A DNA stretch of 64,000 nucleotides from an uncultured Actinomycetes bacterium (GCA_963838985.1 CAWITF010000004.1:76280-140279), one strand, 5' to 3'; counted from the stretch's first letter, positions 15,374-27,221 are shown. Numbers and translations are program-made. The notes: generated from the letters alone by a model not told the origin.

Positions 15374-17606
15374 GCTTCTCCTTGCGCTTCGCGGCTTCGA
15401 GCGCGCGCAACATCTCCTCACGCGTGATCGGCAGCTCGTGGACGTCGGCGCCCGTCGCGTCGCGGATCGCGTTCGCGACCGCAGCGGCGAGCGGGATGAT
15501 CGGCGGCTCGCCGAGCCCCTTCGAGCCGAGGTTCGTCAGGTGCTCGTCCGGCACATCGACGAACTCGCAGATGATCTCGGGCACGTCGGCGACGGTCGGC
15601 ATTCGATACGCGTCGAGCGTCGTCGTCAGGATGCGCCCGGTTTCCGGGTCGTGCAGCCGCTGCTCGGAGAGCGTGTGGCCGATGCCCTGGATGATCCCGC
15701 CCTCGACCTGGCTGCGCGCGCCGAGCGGGTTGATGATCCGCCCGACGTCGTGCGCCGCGGCGACGCGCTCGACCTCGACCTCGCCGGTCTCCACGTCGAC
15801 TGCCACCTCGACGACCTGGATCCCGAACGTGAGCACGCTCATGCCGGTCGGGTTCGGGCCGCGGGCGCCCTTGCCGAGGATCTGCGCGTCCTCGAGGATC
15901 TCGAGCAGCTTCTCGAGCGGCGTCGACATGTTGCCGTCGGCCGAGAACACGAGCCCGTCCTTGATGTCGAGGACGCGCTCCTCGAGGTGGTAGCGCTGCG
16001 CGGCGATCTCGATGATCTGCCGCTTCGCGTCGGCGGCAGCCGCACGCACGGCCGGACCGACCGACGGCGTCGTCGAGGAGCCGGCGGAGAGCGTCGCGTA
16101 CGGGCCGCGCGCGCTGTCGCCGAGCACGACGTCGACGCGGTCGAGCGGGACGCCCAGCTCCTCCGCGGCGATCTGCGCCATCGCGGTGCGCGTGCCCGTG
16201 CCGATGTCCTGCATCGCGGTGACCACGGTGATGCGGCCGTCCGAGGTGACGCGCGTCCACGCATACGACGGCGGGCCGCCGCCGCCGTACCAGATCTGCG
16301 AGGCCATGCCGATGCCGTGCTTCCGCGTCTCGGTCGAGCGCGCGCGGACCTCGTCGCGGCGGTCCCAGTGCTTCTGCGCGAGGTCGTAGCACTGCATCAG
16401 GTTCTTCGACGAGTACGGCTTGTCGTCGTTCGAGTCGGCGTAGTTGCGCCTGCGCAGCTCGAGCGGGTCGAGCTCGAGCTTCTCCGCGAGCTCGTCGATC
16501 AGGCACTCGAGCCCGAACGTCCCTTCGACGAAGCCCGGCGCGCGGAACGCCTTCATCGGCGGCGTGTTGATCTTCGCACCGTGCCGGATCGTGCGCACGT
16601 TGTCGCACGCATAGAGCATCGTCATCGGGCCCTCGGTCGTCGCCGACCAGCCGGACGCGCCGACGGCGTTGATGAACTCGCCGCCGAGCGCGACGATCGT
16701 CCCGTCGCTGCGGGCGCCGACCGTCAGCCTCTGAATCGTCGCGTTGCGGTTGCCTGCAGCGGTGTTCTCCTCGCGCCGCGTCAGCGCGCATTTCACCGGC
16801 CTGCCGGTCTGCTTCGCGAACGCGGCGGCGACGAAGGTCTGCTCGTCGGCGCCGTTCTTCGAGCCGAAGCCGCCGCCCATGTACTCGCACACGACACGCA
16901 CCTTGTCGCCGGGAATCCCGAGCTCGGCGGAGATCTGGTTGCGGACGCCCCAGATGTACTGCGTCGAGATGTAGACGTTCAACGTGTCGCCGACCCATTC
17001 GCACACGGCCTGGTGGGTCTCCATCGAGTTGTGCAGCACGACGGACGTGCGATACGTCCCCTCGACGACTACGTCGGCGTCGGCAAGCGCGCGCTCGTAG
17101 TCGCCGCGCTCGGTGCGGACGGAGTCACTCGTGAAGAGCTCGCGCGCGACCGCTTCCTCGGGATCGAGAACCGCCTCGAGCTGCTCCCACTCGACGCGGA
17201 TCGCGTTCAACGCGGCGCGCGCCTGCTCGAGTGTCTCGGCGGCGATCGCTGCGACCGCCTCGCCGGCGTAGGTCGCCTCCTCGACGAGGCCGTTCGCCTC
17301 GCCGGGGCCGAGTGCGCCGCGCACTCCGGGCTGCTCCAGCGCCGCGGTGAAGTCGATCGAAGCGACGCGGGCGTGCGCGTATGGCGAGCGGAGGATCGCC
17401 GCGTGGAGCATCCCGGGCAGCTGGATGTCGGCCGTGTACCGCGCCTCGCCGCGCACGCGCTCGGGTGCGTCCTTGCGAATCGCGTCCCGGCCGACGACCG
17501 CCTGCGGGCCGGCGGGCCACTGCGTCAGCGGATCCTCCTCGATCACGAGCCACACCTCTTCGAAGCGGCCCTCGACCTCTTTCTCGGTGCGGATCAGTCT
17601 CGCCAA
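15351..17606 (-). CDS. Molybdopterin-binding large subunit (CoxL/XdhA-like) of a xanthine-dehydrogenase-family enzyme
   Basis: ORF 15351..17756. GEARYTADIQLPGMLHAAILRSPYAHARV..., and GGGFGSK-type segments. A TTG at 17606 is proposed as the start, giving a 13-nt overlap with coxS. Confidence 0.85.
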   Translation of the reverse strand: MARLIRTEKEVEGRFEEVWLVIEEDPLTQWPAGPQAVVGRDAIRKDAPERVRGEARYTADIQLPGMLHAAILRSPYAHARVASIDFTAALEQPGVRGALGPGEANGLVEEATYAGEAVAAIAAETLEQARAALNAIRVEWEQLEAVLDPEEAVARELFTSDSVRTERGDYERALADADVVVEGTYRTSVVLHNSMETHQAVCEWVGDTLNVYISTQYIWGVRNQISAELGIPGDKVRVVCEYMGGGFGSKNGADEQTFVAAAFAKQTGRPVKCALTRREENTAAGNRNATIQRLTVGARSDGTIVALGGEFINAVGASGWSATTEGPMTMLYACDNVRTIRHGAKINTPPMKAFRAPGFVEGTFGLECLIDELAEKLELDPLELRRRNYADSNDDKPYSSKNLMQCYDLAQKHWDRRDEVRARSTETRKHGIGMASQIWYGGGGPPSYAWTRVTSDGRITVVTAMQDIGTGTRTAMAQIAAEELGVPLDRVDVVLGDSARGPYATLSAGSSTTPSVGPAVRAAAADAKRQIIEIAAQRYHLEERVLDIKDGLVFSADGNMSTPLEKLLEILEDAQILGKGARGPNPTGMSVLTFGIQVVEVAVDVETGEVEVERVAAAHDVGRIINPLGARSQVEGGIIQGIGHTLSEQRLHDPETGRILTTTLDAYRMPTVADVPEIICEFVDVPDEHLTNLGSKGLGEPPIIPLAAAVANAIRDATGADVHELPITREEMLRALEAAKRKEKRGAPAAV

Positions 17607-18034
17607 TGCAGGATCGCCTCCTCGATTCGCGGATAGGTGCCGCAGCGGCAGATGTTGCCCGCCATCTGGTGGCGGATCTCGTCGACGCTCGGGTCGGGGT
17701 TCGCGGCGACGAGCGCGGCGGCGGACACGACCTGACCCGGCGTGCAGAACCCGCACTGCACTGCGTCGGCGCGCACGAACGCGTCGATCAGCGGATGGTC
17801 GCGCAGTCCCTCGATCGTCGTCACCTCACCCTGCACGGTGTGCGCGAGCGTGATGCACGAGAGCGTTGGCGCGCCGTCGATCTGCACGGTGCACGCGCCG
17901 CAATGGCCCTCGTTGCACGCGATCTTCGTGCCGGTGAAGCCCAGCTCTTCGCGCAGCAGCTGCGCAAGGCTGATGCCGATCGGCGCGTCGACGACGTGCG
18001 CGTCGCCGTTGACGACGAGCTCGAGCTCAGGCAC
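17594..18034 (-). CDS. (2Fe-2S)-binding small subunit (CoxS-like)
   Basis: ORF 17594..18034: CNEGHCGACTV and QCGFCTPG...CRCGTY motifs. Confidence 0.9.
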   Translation of the reverse strand: MPELELVVNGDAHVVDAPIGISLAQLLREELGFTGTKIACNEGHCGACTVQIDGAPTLSCITLAHTVQGEVTTIEGLRDHPLIDAFVRADAVQCGFCTPGQVVSAAALVAANPDPSVDEIRHQMAGNICRCGTYPRIEEAILHWRD

Positions 18035-19183
18035 CGGTCGTCACCGCCACGATGTCGGCGAGGTGGATCAATCTCGACGTCGTGCGCGCGACGACGCGAG
18101 CTTCGTCGTCGGAGCTCGCCTCGGGGAGCAGGCGCCACAGCTCGCGCGCCGCGACGAGCAGCTCGCGGATCTGCTCGAGGTCATCGACGTGGCCGTTGCG
18201 CTCGTTCGTCGCGTTCAGCGCGAGCCCGAGCGCACCGAAGGTGTCCTGCTGGCGTGCGAAGAGCATCGGCATCGCCATCGTCAGGTACTGGTGGATGCGC
18301 GCGAGCGCCATCGGCTGCTGGAGGATCTCGGCGCCCTGCGGCTGCGACGGCTCGAGCGGCGGCTCGCCGTCGGCGATCCGGTTCGCGTTGCCGGCGAGGA
18401 GCTCGACGATCTGCGGCTCGGTCAGCCCGGCCGAGCGAGCGGTGCGCAGCGAGAGCAGAAGCGACTGCGGCTGCAGCCCGTACGGGTAGTCGGACGCGTA
18501 GAGAACCTGCTCCGGCGGCACGAGCCGGAAGAAGCTCAGCAGGTCGATCGCGCTCCAGACCGACGTGTCGAAGAAGACGCCCGCTCTGCCGGCGAAATGC
18601 GCCGCGAGGCCTGAGAGGTCGGCGATGCCGGCGTGCGCGATGATCAGCTGCGCGTCGCCGTGACGCTCGACGAGCCGTGCGAGGTTGTCGGCGATCGGCG
18701 GCAGCCCCCGTCCGCCGTGGATCAGGATCGGGACGCGGTGCTCGGCGCTCAGCGCGAAGACCGGGGCGAGGAGCTCGTCGGTGATCTCGAACTTCTGCGC
18801 TCGCGGGTGCAGCTTGATCCCGCGTGCACCGCGCGCGAGGCAGCGCTCCGCTTCCGCCACGGCGCCGTCGGCGAGCAGGTCGAGGCGGACGAAGGGGATC
18901 AGGCGGCCGCCGGCCTGCTCGGCGAACTGCAGCGTGCGGTCGTTCGCCGCGCGGAACGCCGGCACGCGGTCGGGCTCGTCGAGGCAGAACACGTTCGCGC
19001 GCGAGAAGCCGTAGGTGTCGAGCATCGCCGAGCAGCTCCTCGGGGCGGCCGACTCATCCCGTCGATGTCGTTGCCCAGGTGCGTGTGGGCGTCGAAGAGG
19101 TCTGCGCCCGCCGGCAGCTCCTTCTTCACCTCGGCCTCGAAGCCCGCGAAGAGCTCCTGCGCCCGTTCCAACGGCTCGTTCAC
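18027..19183 (-). pseudogene. Amidohydrolase-family (TIM-barrel metal-dependent hydrolase) protein; frame break(s) at about 19025-19055
   Basis: ORF 18899..19183 (MNEPLERAQELFAGFEAEVKKELPAGADLFDAHTHLGNDIDGM) joins ORF 18027..19025 (MLDTYGFSRANVFCLDEP...GIKLHP...ILIHGG...). Confidence 0.7.
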
Positions 19184-19206
19184 CCTCGGAATCTACCCGT
19201 GGGCAG

Positions 19207-19854
19207 CTAGTTGAACGCGGGAGCGAGGATCCGGTCGAAGAAGACCCGCTCGGGCACGGCGCCGTCCCACTGCGGCACGCCGTTCACGACGACGCGCGGG
19301 ACCGACCAGACGTCCATCGAGTCGGCCAGCGCCGGAAACTCCGTCGACTCGATCGCCGACGCGCGGACTCGGGGTGAGGCGAGCGCCGCTTTGTACGCCA
19401 GCAGCACGGCCGGCGGGCAGTGCGGTCAAGTGGGCGTGACGAAGATGTCGATCGCCAGGTCGCGATCGAGCGCCGCGAGCCGTTCGAGCGACTGCTCGGA
19501 GAGCGACGACCTGCGCTTGCCTGCCTCGATCACGGCGCCGATGAGCGACGCGAGCTCGTAGCCCCACGGCAGGCCGTCGTAGCGGACGCCCGCGTCCTCG
19601 CCATCCGGCCGCACGGCGATCGCCGGGTAGCGCTCGAAGCCCGCGGGCTCCTCCTCGACCCTGCAGGTGACCTTGTCGGAGAGCGCGGCGAGCTCCTCGG
19701 CGATGCGCTGCGTCTCCGCGCCGAAGTCGATGTCGCGCGCACCGGGCAGCGGCGTCTCCTCGGGGCCGTGCGCGACGAGCAGCTCGACCGGGCGCTCGAG
19801 CGCGGCGAGGAGCTCGCGCACCTTCTCCTCTTCTTCCGGGCGGAAGAGCGGCAT
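19207..19854 (-). CDS. Glutaredoxin-like protein disulfide oxidoreductase with two thioredoxin folds. An in-frame TGA at 19426..19428 occupies the first position of the CxxC redox motif, making this a candidate selenoprotein (TPT-U-PHC).
   Basis: ORF 19426..19854 ends ...AIDIFVTPT at a TGA. ORF 19207..19407 is in the same frame, 7 codons on. The codons between read P-H-C-P-P-A, giving FVTPT[TGA]PHCPPAVLLAYKAAL. This parallels the FVTPTCPYCP active site of archaeal and bacterial PDO/glutaredoxin-like proteins. GVRYDGLPWGYELASLIG also matches the family. Confidence 0.7.
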
Positions 19855-19882
19855 CGACCATGACTATAGGATCCGCGCTGCC

Positions 19883-21844
<1,962 letters not shown>

Positions 21845-21975
21845 AGGCGCTGTTCGTCTAACCGCGCCGCCCCGCCGTCGTCGCAAGCTGTATCGACGTC
21901 CTCTACGAGAGCGAGCTCGTCGCGGTCGGGGAGTACCACTGCCCTGCCGGCGATTCGTCGTGGCGCGGGCGGAAC

Positions 21976-22728
21976 GTGATCGTCTCGAGCGTCCCGATCG
22001 TCGTCTACCCGGTCGTCCCGGTGCTCGTTCGGCACGGCCCGGCTGCCACGACGCTCTCGAGCCCGAATCTCGCGATGCTCTACAACCCGCAGCAGGTGTT
22101 CGAGCGCGAGCTTCGCGATCCGCGCGGCGACCACTGCCTCGTGATCGAGCTCACGCCGACGGTGTCGGAGGAGCTGCTCGGGAGCCGGCGGTTCACGTCG
22201 ACGCATGCACCCGTGCGGCCTCGGACGTATCTCCGCCGGCATGTGCTCGCTCGGCATCTACGCCGTGAGCAGGTCGACTCGCTCCTCGTCGAGGAGCTGG
22301 CGCTCGACGTGCTCCGCGCCACCGTGACGACGGCGGTCAGCGGAGACCGGCGCGGCCGCACGCGGCGCGCGCACCGCGAGCTCGCGGAGTCACTCAAGGA
22401 CGCGCTGTGGCACCGCGTCGGCGAGAACGTCGGCGTCGGCGAGCTCGCACGCCGCCTGGCGGTGTCGCCCTTCCATCTGATGCGCGTGTTCCGCGAGCAG
22501 ACCGGCTTCGCGATCCACGACTACCGCTTGCAGCTGAGGCTTCGCATAGCACTCGACCGGCTTGCGGACGGGCAGGCGCCCTCGTCGCTCGCCGCCGAGC
22601 TCGGCTTTGCGAGCCACAGCCACTTCACGAGAGCGTTCCGGCAGAGCTTCGGGATCACGCCGTCGCAGGTAAGCGCGCAGGATTGTGCCAGCCTCGTGCC
22701 CGACTGCGGGCTAGCGTCGCCTGCATGA
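21976..22728 (+). CDS. AraC-family transcriptional regulator; the 5' end is uncertain
   Basis: ORF 21976..22728. The C-terminal HTH reads FHLMRVFREQTGFAIHDYRLQLRLRIAL...LGFASHSHFTRAFRQSFGITPSQ. The frame stays open and protein-like about 80 nt further upstream (IDVLYESELVAVGEYHCPAGD) with no ATG, GTG or TTG. Confidence 0.75.
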   Translation: MIVSSVPIVVYPVVPVLVRHGPAATTLSSPNLAMLYNPQQVFERELRDPRGDHCLVIELTPTVSEELLGSRRFTSTHAPVRPRTYLRRHVLARHLRREQVDSLLVEELALDVLRATVTTAVSGDRRGRTRRAHRELAESLKDALWHRVGENVGVGELARRLAVSPFHLMRVFREQTGFAIHDYRLQLRLRIALDRLADGQAPSSLAAELGFASHSHFTRAFRQSFGITPSQVSAQDCASLVPDCGLASPA

Positions 22729-23597
22729 AGCTCGCGTTCGCGCTCGCTGCAGTGCTCGTCTCGACGGCGCCCGTGGCGAAGCTCTCGGTCGGCATCCAGC
22801 CGTTCGGCTCCGTGGAGGCGAACGGGGCACTCTGGGTCGCGCTGATCGGCGACGGCAAACTCGCGAAGGTCGACCCCGCGACGAACAAGGTGCTCGCACG
22901 GGTCAAGGTCGGTTTCTCGCCGTTCGCCGTCGCGTACGGCGCCGGCTCGCTCTGGGTCGCGAACTCGGGCTCGAACACCGTCTCGCGTGTCAACCCGCGG
23001 ACGCGCAAGGTGACGAAGACGATCAAGGTCGGCATCCGCCCGTACGACCTCACCTTCGGCGCGGGCTCGGTCTGGGTCGCGAACAACACGAGTCACGACG
23101 TGACGCGGATCGATCCGAAGCGCAACAAGGTCGTGAAGCGGATCAGGGCAGGCGTGGAGCCGAACGGGCTCGTCGTCGCCTTCGGCTCGCTCTGGGTGGG
23201 CGACCGGCTCGGCAATGCGCTGCTGAAGATCGACCCGGCGACGAACAAGGTCGTCGGCTCGCTGAAGCTGAATGCACCGGACTGGGTGACGCCGGACGCA
23301 ACGGCGCTCTACGTCTCGGAGGAGACCGGCTCGATCGCCAAGGTCGACCCGGCGACGCTCACGGTGCTCGACCGCGTCAAGGTCGGCGCGAACCCGCTCC
23401 ACACGGCGCTCGTCGGCGGCGACCTCTGGGTGCCGAACATCGACGACTCGACGATCTCGATCGTCAACCTGGCCTCGCTGCAGGTGCGCGAGACGATTCC
23501 CGGCCCGAGCGGGGCTATCGCCGTGACGCGGACGCGGAACGGCGGTGTCTGGGTCAGCGGCTCGAACGGCTCCGAGCTCTGGCGCTTCGCCTCGTGA
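22725..23597 (+). CDS. Secreted YVTN/beta-propeller repeat protein
   Basis: Tail of ORF 22407..23597 from MKLAFALAAVLVS. Repeated units of the form ...LWVAN..SNTVSRV(D/N)P.T.KV...I.VG..P. ATGA overlap with the AraC gene. Confidence 0.75.
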   Translation: MKLAFALAAVLVSTAPVAKLSVGIQPFGSVEANGALWVALIGDGKLAKVDPATNKVLARVKVGFSPFAVAYGAGSLWVANSGSNTVSRVNPRTRKVTKTIKVGIRPYDLTFGAGSVWVANNTSHDVTRIDPKRNKVVKRIRAGVEPNGLVVAFGSLWVGDRLGNALLKIDPATNKVVGSLKLNAPDWVTPDATALYVSEETGSIAKVDPATLTVLDRVKVGANPLHTALVGGDLWVPNIDDSTISIVNLASLQVRETIPGPSGAIAVTRTRNGGVWVSGSNGSELWRFAS

Positions 23598-23920
23598 CGA
23601 AAAGCACCTGCAGGGCTTTGCAGCGTCCGTGCCGAATGATTTAGTGGACAACGGACGAACGACGCCGTCGGGTTGAAAGCACTCTGACGGGCGGCCACCG
23701 GGCTCAGGTGCTGACCGGACCGCCGACCTGCAGCGCAAAAACGGCTCGTTCAGTGGGAATCGATTGCGCCGGGCGCCCTACGGGGCGCCCGGCTTTGTCC
23801 CTCGCACCGCTCCGCTTCGCTGCGCTTTCCTGCTCCGATGGCGCCTTTGGCGCACCTGCGAGGTCAGACCTGGTTGAGCCGCGCCCGCGCTTGTCGGTCG
23901 CGGCGACGATTGGTCGCCTG

Positions 23921-25179
23921 TCAGAGCAGCGCTTCGAATCGGGCGGCGTCGTCGAAGGGGCCGATCACGGCGAGGCGCAGCTTCGCGTCGGCGATCAGGT
24001 CCTGTGCGACCCGCTGGACGTCTTCCACCGTGACGGCGTTCAGGCCGTCGAGCACCTCGGCGAGGTCAGGGGCGCGGCCCTCGAGCACCTCACGCCGCAG
24101 GCCGAAGAGGATCAGCCCCTGCGGCGACTCGAGCTGGAGCACGAACCGGCCCTTCGCGAAGCTCCGCGCCTTCTCGAGCTCGTCGGCCGGGACGGCGTCG
24201 GCCGCGATCCCGCGCAGCTCGTCGAGGATCGTCGTCACCGCCTCCTCGATGCGGTTGATGTCGACGCCCGCCTGCGCGTACAGCGAGCCCGCATCGGTGT
24301 AGCTGTGGTTCAGCCCGAAGACGTAGTAGGCGAGGCCGCGCCGCTCGCGCACCTCGGTGAAGAGCCGTGAGGACATCCCGCCGCCGAGCACCGTCGAGAG
24401 CACCTGCAGCGCGTAGCGGTCCGGGTGCGCGAGTGGATAGCTCGGGACGCCGAGGATCACGTGCGCCTGGTCGGACTGCTTCGTGAAGACCTTCACGCGG
24501 CCGTTCGCGTGCGGCTCGACGGAGCCGGGGTCGCCGGTCTCCTGCGCCGGCAGGTCGCCGAGCAGCTCCTGCGCGCGCTCGAGCGCTCCTTCGCCGACCT
24601 TGCCGCCGAGGCCGAGCACCATGCGCTGCGGGTGATACCAGCGGTCGAGGTAGGACGTGAACGTCTCGCGCGTCGCGCCGCGAACCGTCTCCTTGCGGCC
24701 GATGATGTCCCAGCCGAGCGGCTGGTCGCCGTAGAGCAGCTGCTCGTACACGCCGCCGATGTAGTCGCGCGGCGTGTCGAAGTACATGTTCATCTCCTCG
24801 ACGATCACGCCCTTCTCGCGCTCGATCTCCATGGGTCGAAGCGGGAGTTGCGGAGCATGTCGATGATCACGTCGAGCGCGACGTCGCGATGCTCGGCTGC
24901 GCACTTGACGTAGTAGGCGGTGTACTCCTTGCCGGTGAAGGCGTTGAACTCGCCGCCGATCGAGTCGATCTCGCCCGCGATGTCCCGCGCGCTCGGCCGC
25001 CGCTCCGTGCCTTTGAAGAACATGTGCTCGGAGAAGTGCGCGATCCCGTTCGTCTCGGGCGTCTCGTAGCGCGAGCCCGCGGCGAGCATCAGCATGCACG
25101 TGACCGATTGCGCCTCGGGCAGGTTCGCCGTCAGGACGCGCAGGCCGTTGTCGAGGGTGTGGCGGTCGTACGTGCTCAA
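23921..25179 (-). pseudogene. M16-family (pitrilysin/insulinase-like) zinc peptidase; frame break near 24831
   Basis: ORF 24805..25179 (GSRYETPETNGIAHFSEHMFFKGT, the HxxEH zinc motif) continues in ORF 23921..25099 (EIEREKGVIVEEMNMY...). Confidence 0.8.
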
Positions 25180-25562
25180 TTGCTCAGTCTCCTTCGCCAG
25201 CGTTCGGGGATCTCGATGCTTGCGCCGCGCTCGTAGTCGTAGCCGACGAGGACGCTCTTCGCCTCGGCGACGAGCCTGCCGCCGGCGCGCACCTCGTACT
25301 CGAGCTCGAAGCTCTTCGTGCCCAGGCGGCTCGGCCGTACACCGACCTCGACGGTCTCGCCGAAGCGAACGGGCGACCGGAAGTCGATCTCGGTGCGGGC
25401 GAGGATGACATCGCTGAGCGGCAGCTCCTCGTCATCCCCGAACCAGCCGAGGCGCGCCTGCTCGAGGTACGTCGAGAAGACGGCGTTGTTCACGTGTCCC
25501 ATGCCGTCGAGGTCGCGAAAGCGCACCGTCTCACGGTGCACGAACGGGAACGTGTCGGTCAC
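25176..25562 (-). CDS. Hotdog-fold acyl-CoA thioesterase (YbgC/4HBT-like)
   Basis: GTG at 25562 in ORF 25176..25949: VTDTFPFVHRETVRFRDLDGMGHVNNAVFSTYLEQAR... Confidence 0.75.
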   Translation of the reverse strand: MTDTFPFVHRETVRFRDLDGMGHVNNAVFSTYLEQARLGWFGDDEELPLSDVILARTEIDFRSPVRFGETVEVGVRPSRLGTKSFELEYEVRAGGRLVAEAKSVLVGYDYERGASIEIPERWRRRLSN

Positions 25563-26179
25563 GGTGCTTCGACCCTGCCGTTGCGAACGCGCTTCCAGTC
25601 GTAGTCGCTCGGCTCCGCGGCGAGATGCACCGGCACGACCCCGGCCCATGCCGGCAGCTCGAGGTCCTCGGCGTCGTCTTCTTCCGGGCCGGTGCGCACC
25701 TTCGCGCTCGCCTCGTCGAGGGGAAGCGCGAGGATCCACGTCGCCTTCAGCTCCTTGTCCGTCGGCTGCCGCGCTTCGTCCCAGCGGCCCGGCGCGAGCT
25801 GCTCGGTGAGCGCACGGAGCGCTTCCCGCTTCTCGTCGCCGTCGACGAGCGTCGCGGTGCCGAAGACGACGACGGAGCGGTAGTTGACGGAGTGGTTGAA
25901 GACCGAGCGGGCGAGCACGAGCCCGTCGAAGAGCGTGACGGTCGCGCACATGCGCGCGCCCGACGCTGCATGGCGCAGCATCCGGCTCGCGGCGGAGCCG
26001 TGCACGTAGAGGCGGTCGCCGACGCGCGCGTGCAGCGTCGGGATCACGTAGGGCTGGCCGTCGACCTCGAAGCCGAGGTGGCAGAGGAGCGCCTCGTCGA
26101 GGATCGCGTCGATCGTCTCGCGGTCGTAGCGCCCGCGGTGCGGCTCCCGCCGGACACGAAGGCGATCAGGCGGACGCAA
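25559..26179 (-). CDS. Pyridoxamine-5'-phosphate-oxidase-like FMN-binding protein; the TTG start is tentative
   Basis: ORF 25559..26536 tail: RREPHRGRYDRETIDAILDEALLCHLGFEVDGQPYVIPTLHARVGDRLYVHGS... Confidence 0.65.
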   Translation of the reverse strand: MRPPDRLRVRREPHRGRYDRETIDAILDEALLCHLGFEVDGQPYVIPTLHARVGDRLYVHGSAASRMLRHAASGARMCATVTLFDGLVLARSVFNHSVNYRSVVVFGTATLVDGDEKREALRALTEQLAPGRWDEARQPTDKELKATWILALPLDEASAKVRTGPEEDDAEDLELPAWAGVVPVHLAAEPSDYDWKRVRNGRVEAP

Positions 26180-27131
26180 GGAGCTCCTGTTCGCGCTCGA
26201 GCGAGAGCGTCGGCCGGTCGCCCGGCAGCGTGCGATCCCAGGCGAGCGTGTCGACGACGGTCTCCTCGACGGGACGGAAGCGGAGCCCGGCGGCGAGCGC
26301 GCCCGAGATGTCGGCCCGCGCCATGCCGGCGTAGTCCTCGCCCGGGAGCCAGAGCGGGAGCTCCGTCCACGGCTGCACGCCGGCGTCGAGCACCAGCTGC
26401 TCGTCGACCCAGTGGGCGTTCGCGTCGGAGCCGATCGCCTTGCGCGCCCGGTCGAGGAGCTCACCGAGGGTGAGCGGCTCCGCGGGGCCGGTCGCGTTGA
26501 ACGTGCCCCCGGGACCGTCGAGTGCAAGCTGCACAAGCCAGCGCGCGAGATCTCGCGCGTCGACGAACTGCACCGGTGCGCGCGGGTCGCCGGGCGCGAG
26601 CACGTCGCCGCCGGCGGCGATCCGCCGTGGCCAGTACGTGAAGCGGTCGGTCGGGTCGTGCGGGCCGACGATCAGCCCCGCGCGGACCCGCGCGCTGCGC
26701 TCGCCGTAGACCTCCTCGACGACGCGCTCGCATGCTGCCTTGAGCGCGCCGTAGTGCTCCTCGATCGACTCGCTCGCAGGATCGTCGAGCTGCGCGACCG
26801 GCGTCGACTCGGTCACGGGCTCGCTGAAGTCGTCGTAGACGGAGATGCTCGAGACGAAGACGTACCGCTCGACTGCGTCGCGCAAGAGCTCGGCCGACTG
26901 CCGGACGATGCGAGGCACGTATCCGCTCGTGTCGACGACCCCGTCCCAGTCTCGTCCGCGGAGCGAATCGAGGCCGCCGTCGCGGTCGCCGTGAAGGTGC
27001 TCGGCTTCGGGGAAGAGCTCGGGATTCGTCTGCCCGCGCGTGAACGTCGTCACGGCATGGCCTTCTGCGAGCGCATGCTCGACCGCGTGCCGGCCGAGGA
27101 ACTTCGTTCCCCCGAGGACGAGCAGCTTCAT
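26166..27131 (-). CDS. NAD-dependent epimerase/dehydratase-family (SDR-fold) protein
   Basis: Tail of ORF 26166..28142 from MKLLVLGGTKFLGRHAVEHAL (Rossmann GxxGxxG). Confidence 0.75.
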   Translation of the reverse strand: MKLLVLGGTKFLGRHAVEHALAEGHAVTTFTRGQTNPELFPEAEHLHGDRDGGLDSLRGRDWDGVVDTSGYVPRIVRQSAELLRDAVERYVFVSSISVYDDFSEPVTESTPVAQLDDPASESIEEHYGALKAACERVVEEVYGERSARVRAGLIVGPHDPTDRFTYWPRRIAAGGDVLAPGDPRAPVQFVDARDLARWLVQLALDGPGGTFNATGPAEPLTLGELLDRARKAIGSDANAHWVDEQLVLDAGVQPWTELPLWLPGEDYAGMARADISGALAAGLRFRPVEETVVDTLAWDRTLPGDRPTLSLEREQELLASA

Positions 27132-27221
27132 CGGGCGCCACATTATCCGGCGGCCCTGCTTGTACACCGGCCGGAAAGGGGCGTAGATTCCAAGTCTCTT
27201 TTCATACGAAGGGGAGACAAC

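Noticed and set aside
19188-19212. A second GGAAT-N17-GTT match
   Set aside because: It points along the plus strand into the 3' end of the minus-strand oxidoreductase gene, with no plus-strand gene to serve. It is most likely a chance match to a low-information motif.
23680-23740. SRP-RNA-like string (minus strand CCGGUCAG...) in the long intergenic region
   Set aside because: The conserved domain IV core (GGAAGGAAGCAGC-type) is absent, so only a short chance resemblance remains.
26412-27221. The N-terminal 270 codons of ORF 26412..30167, upstream of the BNR protein
   Set aside because: This part is antisense to the well-supported epimerase gene and translates to Arg-rich nonsense. A signal-peptide-like MHRKLALVVLGAV at 27222, with a purine-rich RBS, is the credible start.
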